This document shows positions 1-12,444 of a stretch of DNA of 64,000 nucleotides, piece by piece. Made by a program: the position numbers and the translations under genes. Each line of letters opens with the position of its first letter. Position 1 is the stretch's first letter. The DNA comes from Squalus acanthias (taxonomy: Eukaryota), in NCBI GenBank assembly GCA_030390025.1, contig CM059435.1:84382001-84446000 (forward strand). Direction: 5' to 3'. Under the pieces are notes generated by a model. It was not told the origin of the DNA and did no database searches. It saw only the letters and a list, made by a program, of their open reading frames with translations.

Positions 1-88
1 TGGCCAGAAGCTGATGGAGGCGGGACTGAAACCTGACAAGTGGGAATCCCGCCTCCAAAAGCTTCCCATTGAGAAAATCACCCCCAAT

Positions 89-970
89 ACTTCAGCTGGG
101 GCCGAACTAGTGTTTTGTACAGGTTTAGCATAACTTCCTATCTTTTGTACTTTATGCCTCTATTTCTAAAGCCCAGGATCCCATATGCTTTATTAACTGT
201 TTTGTTAACCTGTCTGGCCACCTTCAAAGAATTGTGCACAAACACCCCCAGGTCTCTCTGTTCTTGCACCCCTTTAAAATTGTACCATTTAGCTTTTATT
301 GTCTCTCCTCATTCTTCCTACCAAAATGTATTGCATCACACTTTTCTGCGTTGAATTTCATCTGCCATGTGTGCGCCCATTCCTCCAGCCGGTCTATGTC
401 CCTTGAATTCTATTACTATCTTCCTCAGTGTTTACTACACTTCCAAGTTTCGTGTCATCTGCCAATTTTGAAATTGTGTTGTGTACCCCCAAGTTCAAGT
501 CATTAATGTATATCAAAAACAGCAGTGGTCCCAGTACTGAATCCTGGGGAACACCACTGTATAGCTCCCTCCAGTCTGAAAAACAGCCATTCACCACAAC
601 TCTGTTTTCTATCCCTTAACTAATTTTTTATCCATGCTACTACTGCCCCTTTTATCCCATGGGCTTCAATTTTGCTAACAAGCCTAATATGTGGTACTTT
701 ATCAAACACCTTTTGAAAGTCCATATACACAACATCAACTGCACTGCCCTCATCCACCCTCTCAGTTACCTCATCAAAAAACTCAATCAAGTTAGTCAAA
801 CACGATTTGCCCTTAACAAATCTGTGATGGCTCTCTTTTATTAGTCCATACTTGTCCAAGTGGCTGTTAATTTTCTCCTGGATTTTTATTTCTAAAAGCT
901 TCCCCACCACCGATGTTAAACTGACTGGCCTGTAATTGCCAGGTTTATCCTTCTCCCCTTTTTTGAACAT
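89..970 (-). mobile_element. CR1-clade LINE fragment (RT region, disrupted)
   Basis: ORFs 620-970 (KKGEKDKPGNYRPVSLTSVVGK...YMDFQKVFDKVPH) and 394-597 (SGVPQDSVLGP...ADDTKL) are CR1 ORF2 RT motifs, broken by stops/frameshifts. Confidence 0.9.
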
Positions 971-982
971 TTACACCCTCTG

Positions 983-1427
983 TGTTGTCAGACTGCTTGT
1001 CTGGATGATCCGCAATTTCCTCCAGTTAAACATAGGAAAGACAGGGAAAAATTATGGAGGAGAGGGAGAGCAGCCAGTCAGTGTGATTCACATGGGAGCC
1101 AACGATATACGAAAGAAAAGGCCTGAAGTTTTGCAAAAGGAGTTTAAGAGATTAGGAAGCAGGCTTGAAGGGTGGTAATCTCTAGATTATTACCCCAGCC
1201 ATGTGATGGAATAGGAATGGAGAGGAAGATTAGAGAATTTAGCATTTGGCTAAAGGGGTGGTCTCAGGTAGCGGGTTTATGGGGAATTGGCACAAGTTCT
1301 GGAATAGATGGGAGTTATTCCACAACGATGGGCTATCTGAATAAATAGGGAAGTAAAGTGTTATATAAACTTTCCTATGTTTAACTGGAGAAAATTGCGG
1401 ATCATCCAGACAAGCAGTCTGACAACA
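983..1427. repeat. 58-bp inverted duplication of L2 sequence flanking a CR1 ORF1 (esterase-like) remnant
   Basis: 983-1040 is the reverse complement of 1370-1427 with 1 mismatch; the spacer encodes EQPVSVIHMGANDI...FKRLGSRL. Confidence 0.8.
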
Positions 1428-1800
1428 GAGTGTAGAGGTTGAGACAGGCGATGGAGAGGTAAAGCTGGATGTCATCAGTGTGCATGTGGAAGCTGACGTC
1501 ATGTCTTCAGATGATGTCTCCAAGGGGCGGCATGTAGATGAGGCAGAGGGGAGGGGACAAGGATAGATTCTTGGGGGACTCCAGAGGTAACAGTGCAGAG
1601 GTGAGAAGAGAAGCCATTGCTGGAAATGCTCTGGCTACGATTGGATAGATAAGAGTGGGACCAAGCGAGGGCAGTCACACTAAGCTGGACAATGGAAGAG
1701 AGGCATTGGAAGAGGATGGTGTGATCGATCATATCAAAGGCTGCAGAGAGGTCAAGTAGGACGAGCAGGGAAAATGCACCAAGGCCACAGTTACTGAGGA
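1370..1800 (-). mobile_element. L2-clade LINE RT fragment
   Basis: ORF 1499-1816: LLVLLDLSAAFDMIDHTILF...SYLSNRSQ...SGVPQESIL. Confidence 0.85.
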
Positions 1801-2237
1801 TTTTTTCTTGATGCAACCCTTTGGCAATTGCAACATCTTAAGTAGTTAGGACGAACAATGCCCACCTAAATGGGAGGCAAGATGTTGTCCAACCCCCACC
1901 TCACTGAGAGCAATATTGCAGCCTGGATGGTGACAGGTTCCTTAACCCCACCCCTCCCTGCCCCCTACAATCTCAGATGAAAATCTGGGCTGCCCCTCAC
2001 TGCTGAGACAGTTTCCCTGCCTTTGCTTCTCCTTCTCTCTCCTTTCTGTCATCTTCCCCTCTTCCACCCCCTCCCCCTCTGTCGCCTGGGTCCAATTATC
2101 TCCTCTGTCCTCTAACCCTGCTTGACCTGAATACTGCACTTGATGTATACTCTCTATGTGCAATACCACAGGAGATTGACTAGTCTATTATATATTAAAT
2201 TTGGCACATGGGGCGCACATTTCATTGAAAACTCATT

Positions 2238-2981
2238 GGCCCAGAAATTGATCTCGCTCTGTTCCCGCGGGGGTAAGCCTTCCCCGCGATCTCTCGCCTC
2301 GCTTGTGCTTTTTCAGATCCAGCTCGCACGAACTTGATGTTCCAGACATCAGCCGGGCAGTGCTTGCGTATCCCACCGGCGTAGTGAATTCGTGCGAGCT
2401 GTGGGATCACGTGACTCAGTTAGAGCCAATGGCAGCACACCATCTTCCATTCATAAGTTTCACAGCACGGCTGTGAAATCTATGAATCTTACAACCCCCC
2501 AAAATAACAGCTAAACCTCAATTAAATTTTAAAAAAAAACCATCACATTAATAAAATAAGTATAGTTAAATAAATTAACCATTTTAAATAAAAAATTAAA
2601 TTTTTGAAAAAATTTAAAATCTTTTAAAAAGTTATAAAAATAAACTTACCTGTCTTTAAAGTCTCTAAAAAAGATATACCTGTAAAAAAAAATTCAAAAA
2701 AATACTTAATTCACTACTTACCTTGTTAAAAGTGGGTCTTACTCCTCCTTTTTACATTTCTAAAATCTTCAGTACTTACCTGCGCATCCAAAGCATGAAG
2801 TGCACAGCGTGCGCGCAGCCTGTAGCGTGCACGCGATGCACCGAGGAACCGCCCCCTTTTCAAAAGAGCAATTGCCGGTTTTCAGCGCATGCGCAGGGCA
2901 TGCAGAAAACCGGCAATTGGAGAGAGAATACGCGAGAGTACGCAGTGCGTACTCTCGCGCACCGGGATGAATTTTTGGGCC
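2238..2981. mobile_element. Non-autonomous Harbinger-type MITE
   Basis: Termini ggcccagaaatt...aatttttgggcc, 3-bp TSD ATT, AT-rich core; shares internal motifs (inverted) with 12966-13560. Confidence 0.8.
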
Positions 2982-3039
2982 ATTATAAGTGTCTGCAGTA
3001 CTTGTTATGTCTCTAGATGGCACTGTGATGGACATTTTC

Positions 3040-6000
3040 AATTACATAGATTTACATAGAATATACGGCACAGAAACAGGCCATGCGGCCCAACCAGCCC
3101 ATGTCGGCGTTTATGCTCCACTTGAGCTTCCTCCCATCCTTCCTCATCTAACTCTATCAGCATAACCCTCTATTCCCTTCTTCCTCATATGCTTATCTAG
3201 CTTCCCCTTAAATGCATCCATACTATTCATCTCAACCACTCCCTGTGGTAGCGAGTTTCACATTCTCACCACTCTCTGGGTAATGAAGTTTCTTCTGAAT
3301 TTCCTATTTGATTTCTTGGTGACTATCTTATATTGATGGCCTCTAGTTTTGCTCTTCTCCTCAAGTGGAAACATAGGGCTGGATTTTACTTGCCGAGATG
3401 AGTTGGGGGCGGGACTGCTGCCTTCCAGGTTCTAGTCCCGCCCCCAGCGACGTCCGACGCACAGACGCTATTTTCCCCTGATTAGCCTTGTTAAGCCCGC
3501 CCTGCGGGCTAGCTGGCCAATTAAGGAAAAGCCGGTGTCAGATGAGGTCTGTTGATGATGCTTCACCTGCCGGTTTTCTTGAAGGGACATGAAACATTTA
3601 TTTTTGACAGATGATTTGACAGTGTTTGACAGCATTGAGGTGCTGTCAAACACTGACAATCACTGTACAAAGCTGAGCCCTTGCACTCAGGCTCTCCAAT
3701 GACTCTCTCAATAGGATAAAAGAAATGGCAGCTGCAGGTGAGGGTGCAGAAGCGATCTGTCACTTCTCCCAATGAGGTGAGGCCACACAAACACTTCAAA
3801 GCTTGTCATCTACAGAAAAATCTAAACACATTAAAAATTACTTTCCCAACATCTCCGTACCTCTGATACTCACCAGTGTCCCATTGCATCCTTCACACCA
3901 CTCCTGCAGCTGTCATCTACATACAAACATTACAACAGACCCACAGCACGCCTCACTTACCCTGGCGGGGTTCCCCGATGTCGGGATGCCCGCAGCAGAA
4001 GTTGCAAAATGGGAAAAAGCCTCTTAACTGCCGTTAACTACCTGTTAACAGGCAGTTAAGTGGCTATAATCCTCTTCCCTCCGCTAGGAGTCGGGTTCCT
4101 GTGCAAATCGGGGACCCGACTTCCGGGAAGATTGGTTGGAGGTGGGTTGGGAGCGGGTTCGGGACCCGCTCCCATTCTTTTTGATTTTCCCAGCAGTCCC
4201 GCCTCCTCAGGGCTGGTAAAATCCAGCCCATACTCTGTGTCCACTCTATCAAAACCTTTCATAATTTTAAAGACCTCTATTTGGTCTCCCCTCAGCCTTT
4301 CTCTTTTCAAGAGAAAAGAGACCCTGCCTGTTGATCCTTTCCTGTTAGGTATAGGTGGGAGGAGGCTCGTGTGGAGCATAAACACCAGCATGGACCAGTA
4401 AGGCCGAATGGCCGGTTTCTGTGCTGTAAATTCTATGTAATTCTATGTAAACTCGCTGGTATCATCCTTGTAAATCTTTTTTGCACCCTCTCCAGTGCCG
4501 CTACATCCTTTTTATAATATGGCGACCAGAACTGCACACAGTACTTCAAGTGTGGTCTAACCAAGTTTCAATATAATTTTAGCATAATTTCTCTACTTTT
4601 CAATTCAGTCCCTCTAGAAATAAACCCTATTGCTTGGTTTGCTTTTGTTATGTCCTTATTGACCTGCGTCACAACTTTTAGTGATTTGTGTATTTGTACT
4701 CCCAGATCCCTTTGCTCCTCTACCCTATTTAGATTCTTATTTTCTAAGTAATATGTGACCTCCTTATTTTTATTACCAAAATGTAATACCTCACACCTAT
4801 CTATGTTGAAATTCATTTGCCAATTATATGCCCATTCTGCAAGTTTATTAATGTCTTCTTATAATTTGTTGCAGTCCTCCTCAGTGTTGACTATTTTTCC
4901 CAATTTGGTGTTGTCCGCAAATGTAGAAATTGTGTTTTTGTTTCCAAAGTCTAAATTGTTAATAATAAATAGTGAACAGTGGTCCCTGCACTGATCCTTG
5001 TGGGACCCCACTTCCCACCTTTTGCCACTCTATATAGCTACCCTTTACCCCTACTCTCTGTTTCTGTCTTTCAGCCAGTCAGCTATCCATTCTGCTATTT
5101 GTCCCCTGACTCCACATGCTCTAACTTTATTCATTAGTCTATTATGTGGTACCTTATCGAAGGCCTTTTGGAAATCTAGGTATATTACATTTACTGCAGT
5201 ACTCTTGTCCACTCTCTCTGTTACTTCTTCAAAGAATTCAATGAGGTTAGTCAAGCAAGACTTCCCCTTTTGAAATCCATGTTGACTATTCATTATTACA
5301 TTTTTGGTTTCTAGATGTTTTTCTATTTTCTCTTTTAGTAGGGATTCCATTATTTTTCCTGCTACCAATGTTAAGCTGACTGGTCTATAGTTCCCTGGAC
5401 ATGTTCTATTTCCTTTCTTAAATATAGGTATAATGTTAACTATCCACTAGTCCTCTGGCACTACACCTTTTGCTAATGAATTATTAAGTATGTGTAATAG
5501 TGCCTCTGCTATCTCTTCCCTAGATTCTTTTAGAATGCGTGGATGCAATCCGCCAGACCAGGGGTTTTATCCTCTTTGAGTTTGATTAGTTTATTTAATA
5601 TTTCTCCTCTTTATTTTAAATGCAGTTATATCATTTCTAATTTCATCTTCCAATGTCATGTCCACTTGATCTCCCTGGTAAATACTGAAGCAAAGTAATT
5701 ATTTAATATTTCTGCCATTTCGATATTGCTGCATGTAATTTTATCCTGACCATCCCCTAGTGGCCCTATTCCCATCCTGTTTTTCCTATTTTTATTTATG
5801 TGCCTGTAGAATATTTTACTATTTTGTTTTATGTTCCTTGATAATTTAATTTCATAGTTCCTCTTTGCCTTTCTAATTATTTTTTTGACTTCTCTCTTAG
5901 TCTCTTCATATTCTCCCTTGTCTTGCTCTCCTCTGCTGTCCATGTACTTAGTGTATGTCCCTTTCCTTACCATCAATTTTTCCCTTATGCCTTTATTCAT

Positions 6001-7060
6001 CCACGGTGTCTCATTAGTACTTAGTTTGTTCTTGTTTTTTTAGTGGAATGCATTTTCCTGGGCTCTGTTTCCCATTGCTGTTCTACATCATTGTTTTCCA
6101 ATATTGTTGTCCATTTTATTTTCCCAAGTTTTATTCTCAGCCCCTCAAAAATCAGATTTTCTCCAATCTATTACCCTGCTCTTTGTCACGCTTATGTCCT
6201 TCTCAATTATTATCCTAAACTGTATTAGATTATGGTCACTATTGCCTAGATGTTCGCCTACTTTTAGATCTTTTATCTGCTCTGGTTCATTCCCCATTAC
6301 CAGATCCAGTAGCGAATCCTCCCTTGTTGGGCTTCTTACATTCTGGGTTAGAAAGGAGTCCTGTACAGACTGTAGGAACTGCATTCACTTATACCCTTTA
6401 CCTACGTCTTCTGGCCAATTAATTTTGGGGTAGTTGAAATCCACCATGATTATTATTCTATATTTATTACTCATTTCCCTAATTTGTTTGCATATTTCTT
6501 CCTCCACCTCCTTTTGACTATTAGGTGGTCTGTAGACTACCCCTATTAGTGTGATTGATCCTTTTTTATCTTTTATCTCTATCCACATGGTTTCTATTTC
6601 TGTCTTACTGATGGCTGCATTACTTTTTTCTACTGCCATTATGTTATCTCGAATAATTACTGCTACTCCACCTTCCCTTTTTCCCCACTCTATCTTGTCT
6701 AATTACATTATACCTTGCAATGTTTAATTCCCAGTCCTGATTTTTCTGTAGCCATATCTCAGTAATCCCGACTATATCTGGTTCCTCGCAACGTAGTATT
6801 GTCTCCAGTTCCCCGGTTTTATTACGGACACTGTGTGCATTGCTGTACAGACAGTTTGACTCATTTTTATTAGCTGTTCCTCTCACTTTATTTTTAAACC
6901 ATCTTTTTTACACCCCTGTTCTATAACTCTATGTATTCCCTGGCCATTTATGTCCTCCCTTAGTTTAGTCTGTCCCATGCTCTCCTTTCCTGCTTTGTTT
7001 ATATTTAAGCTGGTTTCATTTCTTGTAGCTCCCTCCCCTGTCTTACTAGTTTAAATAGTA
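3040..7060 (-). mobile_element. Long decayed CR1 LINE (APE endonuclease + RT + 3' tail) with nested insertions
   Basis: ORFs 6644-6886, 6385-6639 and 6145-6384 (CLYSNAHSVRNK, GVVYRPP, DFNYP, SDHN = APE); 5051-5368 and 4568-4816 (RT and C-terminus); CR1 tail near 3040-3100. Interrupted by a MITE at 3376 and an opposite-strand CR1 tail at ~4345-4450. Confidence 0.9.
3376..4229. mobile_element. Non-autonomous Harbinger-type element nested in CR1
   Basis: Perfect 14-bp TIR gggctggattttac/gtaaaatccagccc and 3-bp TSD ATA. Confidence 0.85.
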
Positions 7061-7739
7061 ACGGTGTTGCACTATGTGCCACACAATAGCTGCAGTATTA
7101 TAGTGAGGTTATGTAACCCTGTGATTGCCATTTTTTGTAAGCAATTCAAATTTATAATGTCCAAAATAAGGGTTTAAATAAAATAAATTTAAAAATTACA
7201 TATTTCACAACCTAATTAAATTTATCCACTCAATTGTCTTTTGTATCTTTTGTAATTACAGGAAGGCCTCGTCCTCTCCCAAAAGCCTGAGTTTCATGTT
7301 TTTGCCCAGAGGCGTAATTCTGTAAGATGGATTTGGATTATGCAGTCAGTGCTTATGCAGTGTGCCTAATTTCCGATGAATCAGAACTGCTCAGTCAGCT
7401 GTACTGCTGGAATATTTGCTTTACCTTCTAGCGCTTTCTACTCAATTGCTTTTCTTCAAAATCATTTCAAAAACAAGAGGGCAAATTTCAAAAGCTGTGG
7501 AGTAAAATTGATAGTGTTTTCTTCAACAAACTGATTATCTGACCTGTGTTACGTTGACAGTTAGAAAAGGTAAATGCGAACAGCTTGCACCTCAGAGATT
7601 CTAATTTCTAACATCAATGAGACAAATGGAGTGAGAGGGACAGAAAGAAAGACACAAACAGAGTGAAATGCAGATTCTTTATTCATTCTAATTTGATTTA
7701 TATTAGCAAGTTTAATTTTGAAAGCATATAAAGCCTCTT

Positions 7740-8250
7740 TGAGGGAGATGTGCAGGAATGGAGGCTGGGCGGGTGAGGGGTGGGAGGAAGGCAACTGGTT
7801 GAGGGTGAGAGGGCCTCTAGCCTCTCTCCACTCGCCCTTGGGAGCAAGTGGGAGCAGGGGGCTAAGTAGATGGAGGGTTAAAGGTGCGGCAAGTGACAGC
7901 AGAGGAAGAGGAGGGCAGGATACAGGGTTTGATCAGAGAGTTCAAAGGGGAAGAATTAGGGGTAGTGATGGGAGTGAAATGAAGGGGAAAGGATAATGGG
8001 AAAGTGAACATCTAGGGGAGTTAATGGGAGAGAGATGAAACACAAGTGGTTGGGTAGGAGATGAGGAAAGAGCTGCTGAGGGACACAACCTTCACCCCTA
8101 AAATGCAGCCTGCAGCTTTTGGTGGCAAAGAAGAGCAGAAGGTGACAGAGGAAGAAACAAAATGAGTAAGGAGCGGTGAAGCAGGAGAGAAGAATGGAGA
8201 CAGAAGGAAGAGGAGAGATAGTTATACAAATACAGAAGAGACAGGTAGGT
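7740..8250. repeat. Purine-rich low-complexity tract
   Basis: Strong G/A skew on + without a clear period; a similar tract lies at 18515-19070. Confidence 0.55.
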
Positions 8251-9684
8251 GAGTGATCATATTCTCCGACTGACCGTGTGAGGTCGATTAATTATACATT
8301 GAAATTAGTCGGTGGTCCCGAATTCCGGGCAATACCTGTTACGCCTGTAGGTGACACTGTGATAGGTCTTCACAATATTAAATGTAAGTTAGGAGCCAGA
8401 AAAATAGCTGCAATTTGAGATGATGGTTTGAGTCTTCATGCATTATCCCGCCTTTGCCAATGGGTGTCTCTGCACCAATGTCCCTCCTCAAAGCCATTGC
8501 CAGAACATGCGATGTGTAAATAATATTGGAAACCACTTAATCTGCAATGATAATTATGCAACGTTTAACATTTAAAATCTGCATTGAGGTGGGGCCTCAT
8601 TGATTTTTAATCAAATCCAGATACAGTCCTCTAGCAGGTGCGCTTCAAGTCTCTCTCCCTCCTCACTTGTGACAGGTTGCAGGCCAGGCCCACTCCTGCT
8701 TCAATTGTTTGCCCTCCTTCTCCCATTTTTTGCCAGCCTGTCCCCCCCTCCCCCCCCCCCACCCCGCCCCCCAGCCATCCTCTCCAATGTTGCTAATGGC
8801 CCGGATTGTCGTGAGCTCTAAAGAATCACTGTCGGACTGGGCAGATATTTGCCTTCAGTGCTCTGAGGAAGTACAGTGGTGCATCTTTTTTTCGAGGGGA
8901 ATCATTTTAAAATCAATGTCAGGCGATTTTCCTGAAAAATCAGATTAAATTCCAAAATCACCTCCCTCTTCCCCTCGCCAATCCTCTCCCTTCCCCTTTC
9001 CCATCCATCCTCCCCCCACTCTGGTCCAATTGTCCCACTGCTTCACCCGAATGCTGCGCTTGGTCTTGGCCTCCGTGTACAACGAGATGAGAGATCAGTT
9101 AATATAAAACATATTTTTGCAGCAGACAGGACATGCGACGTGATTTCCTCGTTAAACCACCAACCGGGCCACTTAACAACCTTGGAAACATTTCTAAAAC
9201 TGTATCCCTTTAAATGCAATAACATTCTGATTACTGAAGCACTGCTTTGGAGGTCAGTGGTCCCAATCTGTCTGATGATTTCCTGTCCTATTCTTGACCC
9301 ATGTGTTATTCTTGTCACTGTGTATCTCAGCCGCCACCTGTTCCTTTAACTGATACAGCAAATGCTGCCATTTTAACAAAGCAAGCTCTTCATCTTCCTA
9401 TTGCAACAGCTGCTCCCTTCCCGCTCTTATTTTTCAAAATACTGACCTCTTACAAATAAGACAATTTATTTATCCTTTAAAAGCAAATCATTAAGACCCC
9501 TTCCCCTCGCCAAATCCAGAATAGACTGGGCTGTAATGTACAGAATGTCTTGCACTGTTCCCACACAAGTAAATCTAATACATTTAAGAATGTTTACAAA
9601 CTATGAATGTATTAAACGCTGCAACAATCAATCTTCACTACATTTGTTCATATAAAAAATATCACAGCTTGTACCTGATCAGAG

Positions 9685-10320
9685 ACGCACTGTGGTGGAA
9701 GGGTGTCCAGAGCCGAGCCTGTCCTGCTGCCCCGGGGTACAATAGCCGCGGTGCTCTGATCCTTCGTCCTTCCCATGCGAGCCAATCTATTTCCCGCGTT
9801 CTGCCTTAAACTTCCATGGGACCAATAGGAGGAGGCAGGAGCGGGGATTGGAGCCTGGGACCAATAGGAGGAGGCAGGGGCGGGAATTGGAGCCTGGGAC
9901 CAATAGGAGGAGGCAGGGGCGGGGATTGGAGCCTGGGACCAATAGGAGGAGGCAGGGGCGGGGATTGGAGCCTGGGACCAATAGGAGGAGGCAGGGGCGG
10001 GGATTGGAGCCTGGGATCAATAGGAGGAGGCAGGGGCGGGGATTGGAGCCTGGGACCAATAGGAGGAGGTTGGGCGGGGCAATGGGACGACTGAGCCCGG
10101 CTGAGTGTTGCGTGCGCACTGCCGGAGTCTCCTGTCCTTACGCTTCTTTCATGGTTGTTGTTGGGTTTTGTGCCGAAGTGCGACGGAGGGGAAAGATCGG
10201 CATCTGTTGCGATGGAGGGACATTAACATCGGTGTGTGGAGAGTTACTGCAGGGGTTGTGCAAAATAAGAGCTGCTGATATCACAGCGGCCTCGGTGAAC
10301 CGTTTGCTGTGACGAACGGT
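9685..10320. promoter_or_regulatory. CpG-rich, possibly bidirectional promoter of ADCK2
   Basis: Locally CpG-enriched with many CCAAT and GGGGCGGGG motifs, 0.4-1 kb upstream of the ADCK2 ATG. Confidence 0.7.
9817..10069 (+). repeat. 39-bp minisatellite (6 units + partial) containing CCAAT, GC box and ATTGG
   Basis: Unit tgggaccaataggaggaggcaggggcggggattggagcc starting at 9817, 9856, 9895, 9934, 9973, 10012 and 10051 (partial). Confidence 0.95.
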
Positions 10321-10397
10321 GACAGACCTGAACCATTAACTCTGTTTCTCTCCACGGTGCTGTCTGACTTGCTGAGTGTTTCCAGCATTTTCTGTCG
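10308..10397 (+). mobile_element. Degenerate Penelope-like 3' terminal fragment with broken hammerhead core
   Basis: Similar to 16650-16747 and 62745-62840; core reads gTGACGA...GAAc. Confidence 0.7.
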
Positions 10398-10689
10398 TTT
10401 CCTGTGGTAGTTCGTCAAATAGCAGTTTTAGTGCTGAATTCAGGCAGGTGGATTATCACAACACATCCCTGAGGCTGTTATGATTGCATGAATCACCTTT
10501 AATATCTCTTGGGAATGAATGGATTGGCTGCTGGAAGAGCTGAGTCTTCAATTTGGTGCCTGCTGCTGGATTACATGGTAAAATAACAATTTGCAAAGCT
10601 GCACTAGACCTTATGGAAATAAGGGGCACGATATAGTGGTTGTTGCTTGTCCAGACTCAGTATCTGTAACTCTTGTCAGCACCACTAGC

Positions 10690-11628
10690 ATGGCTGCCTT
10701 TCTCTTGAGTTGTAGGGTTGGCCCAGCAATATTCAGACCCATGATTTTGAGAACCACTGTCTTGATGTCGGCCAGCCCTGCATCAAAAGCTTCTTTCAGG
10801 TTGAAGAATTTACCCAGGCTTACACTTGCTTGTCTAGGTCTCGGAGCTTCATCAGTCGCAAACTCCCAGAAGGTGGTCACTGTGGAGGCAAAAGTGCTAC
10901 ACCGGCCTAATTCAGGGACTGCCCACTCATTTTTGAAAGACCTATTCTGGAAGCTTCGTTTCACTGTCCATGTGAGTGTCCGAGCCGTTATCCTGCTGCT
11001 GAGGTTTGGGCCGTTGTTGCTGCTGTATCCAATTTGTTTTGCGTCTTCCAGTTTTGCTTCGATCTGGTGTGATCTGCTGTTGAGATCCACAGAGGCTGCA
11101 GGCCCTACTTTCATTAAACTGGGCCAGTGGTTCAGCACCAGAAGGGACCTCTTCTCAGCGGAGTTCTGTGACAAGTTCTCCAGACTTCATGTCCACGTCA
11201 CACCACATCCCTGGGACTACACCAAGTATAGCATGAAAAGGGCCTTTGGAGAGAGCTGGAGGAGCATATTTCAGATTGAAAATAAGGAACCTATCGGATC
11301 AGGCTGCATCACTCAGGTCTATAGAGCTTACACTGATCCAAGGAACATTAATAACGCTGAATTTCAGAAACTTGTAGAAAGCTTTGAAAAAGAGGACCAG
11401 TTTGAAGCCTGGGAGGTCTTTGGGCTTCAAGGGATATTTCATTACATGTTTGGTAAAAAACAGAACGATTTTCCAGATCAGTACAATGAAATTGGCCACC
11501 ATGATCCCCAAAATGGGTCTGAAACTGCTGAGGAATTCATTGGAGTACCAGAGCTGGAGGATAGAAAGGCAACCCTTCACCCCGAGTCAACAGCTGAGCA
11601 GCACCATCTCATTCCAGTGGCTATCAAG
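10690..11628 (+). CDS. ADCK2: ADCK2 (aarF-domain atypical kinase 2) coding exon 1
   Basis: ATG at 10690; basic/hydroxyl-rich N-terminus; AGPTFIKLGQWFSTRRDLF (KxGQ motif), PIGSGCITQVYRA, ends PVAIK|gt; 939 nt, phase 0. Confidence 0.93.
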
Positions 11629-12297
11629 GTATTGCAATTTCTACAGTATGCAACGTAAGTAAACATAAATAACCTCAGAGGTTTAGGTTTCCTCCTGTAC
11701 AAGCATTTTTTAGTGCTTAAAGATTGAACATGAGGATTAGACTATAGTAGGTGAGTGTACCTATACACAGTAAGCTGGAGCAGATGAAAACAGACAGAAG
11801 ACTGGCTATTTATGCATTTTCATTTTGTGATGGAACGGATGGAAGTTCTTGGAAAGAAAAACTTTCGCACATTTTGCACACAATGTCTGCATCAAACTGA
11901 TTAGATATAAAATAAAACTCCTACGCTACCACACAAGCAGATCTTCGATCAGGTACTGCACAGGTTGGATGCAGGGTAATGCTCCTCCTACTCTGTAGGA
12001 TCAATGTGTCTTACTCCCCAATCTCAGTAGAGCAACCAGTATGTCCTTTCCATTTCTCACAATAGCCATCTTTGTTTGAAAAGGACTGAATTGAGGTGTC
12101 AATTAGTGCTGGATTTTAGGGCTTGCATCTACTAGAGTCCTCCAAACTGATTTTATTTGGTGTTGTATATAGTTATCAGAAAGAGAAGGTTTTCATCCCA
12201 TCTGCCTGGGTTGTTTATAACATCTGGCTGCAGAGTGAGGCAGTGTGCTAACCCACTGTACAACCCAGAGGTTCACATTAACTGTTTCCATTTGTAG

Positions 12298-12444
12298 GTG
12301 ATGCATCCTGGAATAGCATATCGAGTCAATATGGATCTGATGCTGATGAAAGCAGCAAGCTGGGTCCTCAATCTCCTGCCAGGCCTGAAGTGGTTGAGCT
12401 TGACTAAAGTGGTGGAAGAGTTTGAGAAGCTCATGACACGACAG
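12298..12444 (+). CDS. ADCK2: ADCK2 exon 2
   Basis: tttgtag|VMHPG...WLSLTKVVEEFEKLMTRQ|gtaagg; 147 nt. Confidence 0.95.

Noticed and set aside
9787-10312. Repetitive ORFs on both strands (GPIGGGRGGDWSL etc.)
   Set aside because: By-products of a 39-bp (3n) promoter repeat, with no coding signature.
10591-10689. N-terminal extension of ADCK2 from TTG at 10591
   Set aside because: Non-ATG start called by the ORF finder; the ATG at 10690 has good context and gives the expected ~627-aa length.
10611-11174. 187-aa antisense ORF within ADCK2 exon 1
   Set aside because: Shadow of the coding frame with a non-ATG start and no independent support.
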